This document shows, in pieces, positions 8,808-17,095 of a stretch of 64,000 nt of DNA. The notes beneath the pieces are model-generated. The model worked only from the letters and a program-made list of their open reading frames with translations, did no database searches and was not told the DNA's origin. Origin of the DNA: Dehalococcoidia bacterium (GTDB lineage Bacteria > Chloroflexota > Dehalococcoidia > Lucifugimonadales > CAJWER01). The translations under genes and the position numbers were made by a program. The stretch lies in assembly GCA_965204975.1 (NCBI GenBank), contig OZ242024.1, positions 1,092,197 through 1,156,196 of the forward strand, in the 5' to 3' direction. Every line of letters begins with the position of its first letter. The first letter of the stretch is position 1.

Positions 8808-9365
8808 CTACTCGAACAGGTCGCTCACCGACACCTGGAAGTCTTCGAACACTGGCCCTCCATCAAGGATGTCCCCCTCGTCCAGAGTCCTAGCATCGCC
8901 GGGTGAGCGATGGACGGCCAAGGACCTTGTGCCGGGGTACACGACCCAGACCAAGCGGGTGCCGGCCTCGAAGTATTCCCTGACCTTCTCATGGACGGCT
9001 GCAGCACTATCGTTTGGGGAGACGACCTCCACGGCAAGGTCGGGGGCAATCTGTACGAACCCATCCGGGGCTCGTCCTCCAGCGAGGCGCTCCTTGGAAA
9101 CGAATGCGACATCCGGCGCTCTCACCGAGTCGGGGGCGCGTCCGGTGACGAACCCTGTCTCCGCCGTAAACCCCGCTCCCAAGTCCTTGCCGCGAATGTG
9201 GTCCCCGATGATGGACGCGATCGTAAAGGCCACGTTGCCGTGATACCCTCCAGCAGGCGGCATCTCCTGTAACTCTCCTCTTACGAGCTCGTACCGCTTG
9301 CCGGCCTCGTCATGCATCATCAGGAACAGGTCCTCAGCAGTGACCGGCTTTGTCCCGGTGATCAT
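8808..9365 (-). CDS. Uma2 (DUF820) restriction-endonuclease-fold protein
   Basis: YELVRGEL..MPP..H, APDVAFV and APDLAVEVVSP motifs. Start set at the internal ATG (MITGTKP). Confidence 0.85.
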   Translation of the reverse strand: MITGTKPVTAEDLFLMMHDEAGKRYELVRGELQEMPPAGGYHGNVAFTIASIIGDHIRGKDLGAGFTAETGFVTGRAPDSVRAPDVAFVSKERLAGGRAPDGFVQIAPDLAVEVVSPNDSAAAVHEKVREYFEAGTRLVWVVYPGTRSLAVHRSPGDARTLDEGDILDGGPVFEDFQVSVSDLFE

Positions 9366-9500
9366 GCGCCACCCCACGCGACAGTGTTTCACCTGCCCAG
9401 TATATCCGATGTGCCTACCCTGTTGACGTGATAGCATACTGGCTCGATTGAAGAATTCACTTGTGGCAAAGAGAACCCCCAGACTACCGGAGGCACCTTT

Positions 9501-9890
9501 ATGTCTTATGAACATGCCATAGTCTGGCTGGCAGCGTTCTGTCTGCTCCTGCTAGTCAACCTGATTTCCCTTGTCACCTTTGCCATCCTGCACCAAAGGC
9601 AAGCTCTTGCTTCGTATAGAAATGTTGGACTAGAAATCCTCCTGTGGGCAGACCTTACATTCCTAGCAGCACTGTCGGCTTTCTCGCAAGCAGGATTCCG
9701 GGGCAGTTTAGTTTGGTTCGCAATTGCGGTTGGTTGGCGTCTCGCGGCAAAGCCCGAACCTAGCACAAAGGAACCGGGCACTAAGCGGCCAGACCGGGCC
9801 CTCAAGATTTGGAAGATCGTAGGATGGGGATGGGTCGGCTGGAACACACTTGTATTACTCTTTGGCCTTTTGGGATTGTTGGCATCATAG
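9501..9890 (+). CDS. hypothetical membrane protein (4 predicted TM helices)
   Basis: GGAGG 7 nt upstream of the ATG. Hydrophobic helices present. Lies in a stretch of visibly lower GC. No family recognised. Confidence 0.4.
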   Translation: MSYEHAIVWLAAFCLLLLVNLISLVTFAILHQRQALASYRNVGLEILLWADLTFLAALSAFSQAGFRGSLVWFAIAVGWRLAAKPEPSTKEPGTKRPDRALKIWKIVGWGWVGWNTLVLLFGLLGLLAS

Positions 9891-10093
9891 TCAAGGTGAG
9901 CAAGGAGAGCAGTTTATGTTTGAGGTAATTGCGTGAGTTCTAGCATCGTCAGTGGCAGTGCTCTTGTGCGTTCTGCACTACAGGGCTCACCAGCAGAGTA
10001 ATACCCTGTGGGCGTCGATGTTCGTGCTCGTGGTAGCACTCTATCTCGCCATACGTGAAACGCTGCTTGAGCTAGTCAGATAAGGAGGTATCT

Positions 10094-10300
10094 ATGGGAA
10101 ACAAGCAGTTGCTAGTCAATCTGAAGGATTGGGAGATTGCGCAGACTGTCGAGTCCCGTCGGATTTTGCTTCGGCTTGAGACTCACGCCGCGCTAGGACT
10201 ACCAGCCCAGAGGCTGGAATGCACTCTATCGCTGGCTGAGGCCGTGGATTTGGCCCTCGCGCTACAACAATGCGCTCATCGTTTGGAACAGGGTTCATAG
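10094..10300 (+). CDS. hypothetical small protein (68 aa)
   Basis: Strong AAGGAGGT 4-5 nt upstream of the ATG. Lies in the low-GC stretch. No family recognised. Confidence 0.4.
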   Translation: MGNKQLLVNLKDWEIAQTVESRRILLRLETHAALGLPAQRLECTLSLAEAVDLALALQQCAHRLEQGS

Positions 10301-10466
10301 CCTTATCCTGTCGTCCCAGGGTAGAATTAGTGCGCTTTGTACGGGAATCCGTTGAGGGACGACCTAATTCAAACTGACGCACTACCTGATATAGTGCGAG
10401 CTGTCAGATACGACGACGAGACGGCTCCCTGGCGCGAAGGCGGGGGAGTCCAGCAAGGAGGGTCGC

Positions 10467-11504
10467 GTGGCATCGAAAGTTCGTGTAGGGATCGTGGGTG
10501 CGGGGGGCGTCGGCGGGCTTGGGAAGCGGTACAACTCGCATGCGGGCGGGTATACGCGCATAGACGAGTGCGAGCTGGTGGCTATCGCCGACATCAACGA
10601 GGAGCGGCTCCACCAGTTCGGCGACGAGTGGGAGATCGCGCCGGAGCACCGGTACAACACGGCGGTGGAGATGTACGAGAAGGCCGGGCTCGACGTGGTA
10701 AGCGTGACCACTCATAACCTCTACCACCACCAGCCGGTGATCGAGGCGGCCGAGGCCGGCATCAAGGTGATCATGGTCGAGAAACCGATCGCCATCAGCG
10801 TGGAGTGGGCACGGAAGATGGTGGACGCCTGCGATGCCGCGGGATCGCGGCTCATCACCGAGCACACGCGGCGCTTCCTGCCGCACTTCCAGAAGATGCG
10901 GAAGATGATCGACGACGGGCTGATCGGCGAGGTGCGGACCATCGAGACGTCGGGGGCGAGGCCGCTGCTGCACAACGGGACGCACTCGGTCGACTACGCC
11001 TTCTACTGGACGGACGCGAAGCCGAAGCTGGTGAGCGGGTTCCTGAGCGACGAGCTGGTGGCCGACCCCGGCGGCGGCGGAATGGTCGTCTGCGAGGGCG
11101 GCGTGGTTGTGTGGGTGAACTGCATCGCGACGAGGCGCGAGTCCGAGTCGTGGACGACGATTGCCGGGACGGATGGCAGGATCCACTTCTGCGAGCAGAG
11201 GGGTGTATGGCAGTACGCCCCGCTCGTGGACTCGCCGGGAGTGAGCTATGGGGCGACGTACCAGTGGCAGGACATCCCGGACATGCCGAAGACGATGGAC
11301 CTCGACGACTACTTCTACGGGGCCGCGCTGGAGAGCGTGCGGTGCTTCATCGAGGACCGAGAGAGCGTGGGGACGGGGCGCGACGGCCTCAAGGCGCTGG
11401 AGATCATCACAGCGATTCACGTCTCGCACAGGACGGGCGCGATGGTCCCGCTGCCACTGGGAGAGGGGCTCGACCAGATCGAGATCAGGTCGACGGGCGT
11501 GTGA
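10467..11504 (+). CDS. Gfo/Idh/MocA family oxidoreductase
   Basis: GTG start preceded by AAGGAGGG. Rossmann VRVGIVGAGGVGG and EKP motif (VIMVEKPIA). Confidence 0.9.
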   Translation: MASKVRVGIVGAGGVGGLGKRYNSHAGGYTRIDECELVAIADINEERLHQFGDEWEIAPEHRYNTAVEMYEKAGLDVVSVTTHNLYHHQPVIEAAEAGIKVIMVEKPIAISVEWARKMVDACDAAGSRLITEHTRRFLPHFQKMRKMIDDGLIGEVRTIETSGARPLLHNGTHSVDYAFYWTDAKPKLVSGFLSDELVADPGGGGMVVCEGGVVVWVNCIATRRESESWTTIAGTDGRIHFCEQRGVWQYAPLVDSPGVSYGATYQWQDIPDMPKTMDLDDYFYGAALESVRCFIEDRESVGTGRDGLKALEIITAIHVSHRTGAMVPLPLGEGLDQIEIRSTGV

Positions 11505-11506
11505 GC

Positions 11507-14038
11507 ATGGACTACGAGCCGCTGGATCTTTTTCCCCTTTGTAACGGCGGGCCTGAGCTGCTGGAGGACGGCGATGACGTGGAGCTTGGGCGCGTCACGA
11601 TGCGCGGGCTGCCCTTCCTGGTGGGAGCGCCGGGGGAGCAAGCGGATGGCTCCTGCTTCATCACGCTGGGCGGCTCCGAGAGCGGTGTGACGGTGCCCAT
11701 CGGGAAGGCCGTGCGGAACGTCGTCGTTGCGCACCTTGTGGTCGACGAGGCGGAGTCCCCGCTGGGTGCGGATGTGGCCGAGTACGTGTTCCGACGCTCG
11801 GATGGGAGCGAGGACCGGGCGTCGATTACGGCGGGGTTCCAGATTGGCGGTGCAGCGGCACGCTTCCCATATGACGCTCACATAGACGCTAAGCCCACTC
11901 TCATGTCCAGATACGAGGGCACGTGGGCCAACTCGGGCCGGCGGCCCATGGAGGCTCTCGCGACATTCTCCAAGCGGTACCACCTGTGGGTGTGGCGGAA
12001 CCCCGAGCCGGACCGGGAGGTCGAGTCGCTGGAGATCGTTCCGCTCGGGCCGCGCTTCATCGTGGCGGCGATTACCCTTGGATACGTGGACGAGCACCCG
12101 TTCCCGCGCGAGGGGATGCGCCCGGCCAGGATTACGCTCAAGGACGAGGCGGACGCAGGCAAGCCCTTCTCGCTGGAAGTCAGCGTGGACAGGGGTGACG
12201 CCACGTACACGCATCCGCTGCCGACCACGTCAGCCGAGGAGTTCCTGGGCGACTCGTACCGGGGCTGGGGCGAGCGCCAAGGCCTCTCGTCGAGCCCGGC
12301 CTACGTCGAGGTGTCGGCTACGCCGTCGGCGAGCCTGCGGCTGGAGCAGGACAGCGAGGACCTGGGGAGCGTGCGATGGGGGGACGTGGACCGGGACGGC
12401 TCCGCCGAGACGGCGAAGGCGAAGGTGGAGCTGATCGACCCGGGCAGGAACTGGGTGCAGGTCACGGTGCTGGACGACGAGACGGGCAGGCCGGTGCCGT
12501 GCCGGGTACACTTCCGCTCGCCGGAGGGCGTGCCCTACCAGCCGTACGGCCATCACAACAGGCTCAACTCGAACCTGCCGACGGACAACTTCGACATCGG
12601 CGGGGACGTCCGGCTCGGCCAGATCACCTATGCGTACATCGACGGCACATGCCAGGGGTGGCTGCCCCGCGGCGACGTAATCGTCGACGTGGCGCGAGGA
12701 TTCGAGTACGACCCGCTCAGGACCAGGGTGAGGATCGAGCCGGGCCAGCGCAAGCTGACGCTGCGAATCAAGCGATGGTCGAACATGAACGCGGAGGGGT
12801 GGTACAGCGGCGACTCGCACGTCCACTTCCTCTCGTCCCAGGGCGCGGTCACGGAGGCTGCTGGGGAGGACCTGAACGTCGTCAACCTGCTGCAGTCGCA
12901 GTGGGGTAGCCTCTTCACCAACACCGAGGACTTCATCGGGGAGCCAAACGTGGCCCGATCCGGCGACACGATCGTGTATGTCTCGCAGGAGAACCGGCAG
13001 CACGTCATGGGCCACCTGATCCTGTGGGGCCTGAAGGAGCCGGTGATGCCGTGGTGCACCGACGGGCCCGGCGAGGCGGAGCTGGCGGGCACGATGGAGA
13101 TGACCCTGAGCCAGTGGGCGGACGCCTGCCACGATCAGGGCGGGACCGTGATCGCGCCGCACATAGGCGCGTTCGGGGGCGAGCTGGTGGCCCTTACGGC
13201 GACGGGCCGGGTCCAGGGCATGGAGATGATCCGGATGCACGAGAACGCCCACGAGGGCTACTACCGCGCGCTCAACTGCGGGTACCGGATGCCGATCGTG
13301 GGCGGGACGGACAAGATGTCCGCGGACGTGACCGTGGGCCTGTCACGCACCTACGCCCGCCTACCCGACGGCCAAGAATTCAACTACGACAACTGGTGCA
13401 AAGCCGTGGCCAGCGGGGCGACGTTCCTGTCCAGCGGCCCGATGATCAGGCTGTCGGTCGACGGCAAGGATATCGGCGACACGGTCGAGCTTTCGAGGCC
13501 CGGGACGGTCGAGGTCGAAGCGTCGGCCGAGAGTATCTTTCCGTTGCACAGGCTGGACATCGTCCAGGCGGGTCGCGTGGTGGCATCGGCCGAGTCGAAG
13601 ACGGGGACGCGGCGGCTCACGATCAGGGAGCGGATTGCGGTCTCGGGTCACACCTGGATTGCGGCGCGGTGCGGCGGTCCCAGCTACTACACGGGCGGGA
13701 ACTTCAACAGCGGCTTCCCGCCGTCGTGGTCGCTGGAGGGGCACTCGGGGCCCATCGCCGATACCCACTTCGACGCCTGGCGTCGGGGCATATTCGCCCA
13801 CACGTCGCCGGTCTACGTGGCGTGCGGGGGCGACTGGTGGATGTTCGACGAGGCGACAGCGCGGCACATGCTTGCGGTGCTCGACGGCAGCATGAGGTAC
13901 ATCGAGGCGGGCTCGCTGCAGCACCGCCACGGGACCGTTACGCACCACCACGGCGAGGACGACCATATCGCCTACCTGAAGAGGCCGTTCCAGGAAGCGC
14001 AGGCAATGGTCGAAGAGCGGCTGAAGAAGATGAGATGA
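11507..14038 (+). CDS. CehA/McbA-type (PHP-like) metallohydrolase with a CarboxypepD_reg-like domain and a long unassigned N-terminal region
   Basis: ATG 2 nt after the stop of the upstream gene. WYSGDSHVHF metal motif near aa 431. VTVLDDETGRPVPCRVHF beta-sandwich-like segment near aa 320. The first ~310 aa are unassigned. The 1077-aa ORF-track version is an out-of-frame upstream extension. Confidence 0.8.
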   Translation: MDYEPLDLFPLCNGGPELLEDGDDVELGRVTMRGLPFLVGAPGEQADGSCFITLGGSESGVTVPIGKAVRNVVVAHLVVDEAESPLGADVAEYVFRRSDGSEDRASITAGFQIGGAAARFPYDAHIDAKPTLMSRYEGTWANSGRRPMEALATFSKRYHLWVWRNPEPDREVESLEIVPLGPRFIVAAITLGYVDEHPFPREGMRPARITLKDEADAGKPFSLEVSVDRGDATYTHPLPTTSAEEFLGDSYRGWGERQGLSSSPAYVEVSATPSASLRLEQDSEDLGSVRWGDVDRDGSAETAKAKVELIDPGRNWVQVTVLDDETGRPVPCRVHFRSPEGVPYQPYGHHNRLNSNLPTDNFDIGGDVRLGQITYAYIDGTCQGWLPRGDVIVDVARGFEYDPLRTRVRIEPGQRKLTLRIKRWSNMNAEGWYSGDSHVHFLSSQGAVTEAAGEDLNVVNLLQSQWGSLFTNTEDFIGEPNVARSGDTIVYVSQENRQHVMGHLILWGLKEPVMPWCTDGPGEAELAGTMEMTLSQWADACHDQGGTVIAPHIGAFGGELVALTATGRVQGMEMIRMHENAHEGYYRALNCGYRMPIVGGTDKMSADVTVGLSRTYARLPDGQEFNYDNWCKAVASGATFLSSGPMIRLSVDGKDIGDTVELSRPGTVEVEASAESIFPLHRLDIVQAGRVVASAESKTGTRRLTIRERIAVSGHTWIAARCGGPSYYTGGNFNSGFPPSWSLEGHSGPIADTHFDAWRRGIFAHTSPVYVACGGDWWMFDEATARHMLAVLDGSMRYIEAGSLQHRHGTVTHHHGEDDHIAYLKRPFQEAQAMVEERLKKMR

Positions 14039-14060
14039 GGGAAGGTCGAGGAGGCCTGAC

Positions 14061-15044
14061 ATGATAAACGTTGCGATGATCGGGGCCGGAGGGGTCGCGC
14101 GGAGGCACAGGGCCGGGTGGATCCCGCAGGCGAATGCGAACGTAGTGGCCGTCGCCGACCTCATGGCGGACCGGGCGGCCGAGGCGGCGGCGGAGCTCGA
14201 CGCGGAGCAGAGCACGACCGACATGATGGAGGTGTTCGCCCGCGAAGACGTGGCCGCGGTGGACATCTGCACGACGGAGAGGACCCACGGCGACATCGCG
14301 GTCGCGGCCGCCGAGCACGGCAAGCACATCCTGGTCGAGAAGCCTATAGCCACGACGCTGGAGGACGCCGACCGGATGATCGCGGCGGCGGAGGCGAACG
14401 GGGTAGTGCTGATGGTCGGGCACACGCACCGCTTCTACGACTACAGCGTGGCAGCCAAGGGCGCCATCGATTCCGGGGAGATCGGGGCGCCCGTCTACCT
14501 GAAGTACGCCTCGGGCGGCGGGTTCTGGACCCAAGACTGGACGGGCAACCGGATCAGCCCTGGCGACACGGGCGGCAACGTGGTCACCAACGGCTGCCAC
14601 GTCGCCGACCTGTGCAACTGGTGGATGGGGGCGAGCCCGATCTCGATCTACGGGCAGGCGCTCAACCAGACTTCACGGCACCTGGAGATGGACGACTACT
14701 TCATGTTCACCATCAAGTACGACAACGGCGCGATAGCCGTGGCGGAGATAAGCCGGGCTAACATGCCGCGCTCCAACCAGTTCAAGTCGATCATCCTGCT
14801 CGGCACCGAGGGGGAGCTGAGCACCGGCACCGAGGAGGAGAGCTACTGGGTGGACGGCGACGACGGCCTGAACTTCAACGGGCCCGAGTACCAGCACGGG
14901 TTCACGCGCATGATCGGCGAGTTCGTCGACAGCGTGGCAGGTGGCACTCCCCCGCCCGTCACCGGAGCGGAGGGGAAGACGGCGCTGGCGATGTGCCTGG
15001 CGGCCGAGGAGTCGATCAGGACGGGAGAGGTCGTCGAGCTGTAG
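14061..15044 (+). CDS. Gfo/Idh/MocA family oxidoreductase
   Basis: INVAMIGAGGVAR Rossmann motif and ILVEKPIA. Confidence 0.9.
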   Translation: MINVAMIGAGGVARRHRAGWIPQANANVVAVADLMADRAAEAAAELDAEQSTTDMMEVFAREDVAAVDICTTERTHGDIAVAAAEHGKHILVEKPIATTLEDADRMIAAAEANGVVLMVGHTHRFYDYSVAAKGAIDSGEIGAPVYLKYASGGGFWTQDWTGNRISPGDTGGNVVTNGCHVADLCNWWMGASPISIYGQALNQTSRHLEMDDYFMFTIKYDNGAIAVAEISRANMPRSNQFKSIILLGTEGELSTGTEEESYWVDGDDGLNFNGPEYQHGFTRMIGEFVDSVAGGTPPPVTGAEGKTALAMCLAAEESIRTGEVVEL

Positions 15045-15138
15045 GCGGGGCTCGAGACACTCCAGGAGGGCTGGCCTGGCTTGGCTGGTATCATTGCGAA
15101 AGCACCTCCGGAATAGAGTCTGAGCGCCGGGGAGGGCC

Positions 15139-15816
15139 ATGATGACAACTCAAACGAAACCGCGCCGGTTCAACGTGGACGAGTACTACGCAATGGCAGA
15201 GGCCGGGATTCTGACCGAGGACGACCACGTCGAACTCCTGGATGGAGAGATATTCGAAAAGTACACCAACGGAGAGAGGCGGCTGTTCGACGTCGACGAG
15301 TACTACGCCATGGCCGAGGCCGGCATCCTGTCAGATGATGACCGCGTCGAGCTACTGGACGGAGAGATAGTCTTTATGGCACCAATCGGCAGCGCCCACG
15401 CGATCTGTGTCGGCAGTTTGACAAATCTGCTGGCTGCCGAGCTTGGCCAGCGTGCACTCGTATGGGTACAGAATCCGGTGCGCCTGGGCAGTCGCTCCGA
15501 GCTGCAACCCGACCTCATGCTGCTGAATCGGCGCGACTACTCGGATCATCCCGAACCGGAGGACGTGCTACTGCTTATTGAAGTAGCCGACACGTCCATA
15601 GCCTTGGACCGGACCGCGAAGCTTCCGCTCTACGCGCGGGCCGGCATCCGTGAAGTTTGGATCGTGAACCTGCCGGCTCAGTCCGTGGAGGTCTACTCTG
15701 AGCCGGTCGGTCCCGAATACGGCAGATCGACCGTCATTGGCATGGACGGAAGCCTGACGCCGACGGCCTTCGAGGGTTTCTCGCTGGACGCCAGCCAAAT
15801 ACTCCCTAAGTCTTGA
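15139..15816 (+). CDS. Uma2 (DUF820) endonuclease-fold protein with duplicated N-terminal segment
   Basis: VDEYYAMAEAGIL..VELLDGEI occurs twice. PDLMLL and LLLIEVADTS motifs. Confidence 0.85.
   Translation: MMTTQTKPRRFNVDEYYAMAEAGILTEDDHVELLDGEIFEKYTNGERRLFDVDEYYAMAEAGILSDDDRVELLDGEIVFMAPIGSAHAICVGSLTNLLAAELGQRALVWVQNPVRLGSRSELQPDLMLLNRRDYSDHPEPEDVLLLIEVADTSIALDRTAKLPLYARAGIREVWIVNLPAQSVEVYSEPVGPEYGRSTVIGMDGSLTPTAFEGFSLDASQILPKS
15169..15369 (+). repeat. in-frame tandem duplication (two 84-nt copies, period 117 nt) inside the Uma2 gene
   Basis: Copies at 15169-15252 and 15286-15369. Manual alignment gives 14 mismatches in 84 nt. Confidence 0.85.
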
Positions 15817-15905
15817 GCGCTCAGGCCAAGTAAAGGAACCGCCACCCTCTCAGCCAAATCACTCCATGGGCCGTGGGCCCGGAGCCTAAGTGAAGGAGCC
15901 AGATT

Positions 15906-16937
15906 ATGCCAGGAGACACGGTAAACGTTGCAGTGTTGAGCCTGAACGGCATGAACCGCAGCTTTGCGGAGGCGTTCCACGCCAACCCGAGGGCGCAGTT
16001 AGTGGCGGTGACGGAGGACGACCCGCCTCCGGCCACGGCCCGGACTACGCCAGAGGAGACGCAGCAGGGGAACCGCGACGGCGCCGAGGAGTTTGGCGTG
16101 CCGTTCGTCGAGGACCTGGACGCGGTCCTGGACCGGGCCGACGTGGATGCGGTGACCGTCACCAGCCCGTTCGAGCGGCGGGCCGACCTAGTGGAGAGGA
16201 TCGCCTCGGCCGGCAAGGACATTTTCATCGACAAGCCGATCACGAACACGCTGGCCGAGGCGGACAAGATCGTGGAGAGCGTCGAGAGGCACGGGGTGAA
16301 GCTGATGGCCGGCCACAACTACCGCTTTGCGCCGTCGATCCTGGAGGCGCGGGAGGCGCTGCGGTCGGGCCAGGTGGGCCTGCCGTGGGCGATTCACAGC
16401 GACTGGGTTGTGTGCGCGGGCAGCCAGGCCGCGGCCATCGGCGAGCTAATGAACCACGCCATGTACCCCATCGACGCCCTGCTCTACCTCGTGCCCAGCG
16501 CGCCGGAGAGCGTCTACTGCATCACGGGGTCCTACTTCTTCGACAACGCGAAGGAGAACAACGTCGAGGACATGGGCTTCATCACGATGAACCTGGAGCG
16601 CGGCATCATCGCGACGACGTCCATAGGCCGGACGCCGGTGCCGCACATCAACGGTTACGGCGGCGACATGACGATCAGGGTGATGGGCACGCACGGGATG
16701 CTGTACGTGGACGCCAACAGGCCCCGCTGGGTGTCGTACGGCAAGTCGGGTGCGTCGGCGATCAAGTACGGGCCCGACAAGCTCTACGACACGGTGGACC
16801 ACTTCGTCGGGTGCGTGCTGAGCGACACGCAGCCGATGTGCTCGGCCCAGGAGGCCCGCACTACCCTGGAGGTGACGCTGGCAGCCCTGCAGTCGGCAGC
16901 CGAGAACAAGGCGGTCAGGCTTCCCCTGAACTCGTAG
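15906..16937 (+). CDS. Gfo/Idh/MocA-like oxidoreductase paralogue with degenerate dinucleotide-binding motif
   Basis: Family-like body (IFIDKPITNTLAEA, MAGHNYRF), but the N-terminus reads VNVAVLSLNGMNRS instead of GxGxxG and is followed by a Pro/Thr/Glu-rich insertion. Confidence 0.8.
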   Translation: MPGDTVNVAVLSLNGMNRSFAEAFHANPRAQLVAVTEDDPPPATARTTPEETQQGNRDGAEEFGVPFVEDLDAVLDRADVDAVTVTSPFERRADLVERIASAGKDIFIDKPITNTLAEADKIVESVERHGVKLMAGHNYRFAPSILEAREALRSGQVGLPWAIHSDWVVCAGSQAAAIGELMNHAMYPIDALLYLVPSAPESVYCITGSYFFDNAKENNVEDMGFITMNLERGIIATTSIGRTPVPHINGYGGDMTIRVMGTHGMLYVDANRPRWVSYGKSGASAIKYGPDKLYDTVDHFVGCVLSDTQPMCSAQEARTTLEVTLAALQSAAENKAVRLPLNS

Positions 16938-17095
16938 CGGCAATTCCGGATGGCCCGGACTCCGGCGAGAGGAGCCGGCGACAGGCCGACGGTTGCAGTG
17001 GAATCTCCCCTGCCATTCAGGCATCAGTCCTGACATACTGTAGCCGAACCTGAAATGGGCGTCGCTCATCCAAGTTACCGGGGGTTTTCTGTGAC

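Noticed and set aside
8796-8808. Palindrome GAGGGATTCCCTC between convergent rhomboid and Uma2 genes as a bidirectional terminator
   Set aside because: The 6-bp stem leaves a 1-nt loop, which is sterically implausible, and there is no U-tract. It partly overlaps the Uma2 stop codon.
10805-11506. Upstream 234-codon extension making the metallohydrolase ORF 1077 aa
   Set aside because: The extension overlaps the well-supported Gfo/Idh/MocA gene in another frame and is Arg/Gly/Ala-rich junk. An ATG 2 nt after that gene's stop starts a sensible protein (MDYEPLDLF...).
8808-16937. Region bracketed by two Uma2 genes as a mobile or defence island
   Set aside because: There are no integrase, transposase or recombinase genes, no flanking direct repeats and no tRNA target. 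Apart from the ~1.1-kb low-GC islet, the content is ordinary metabolic genes with host-like GC.
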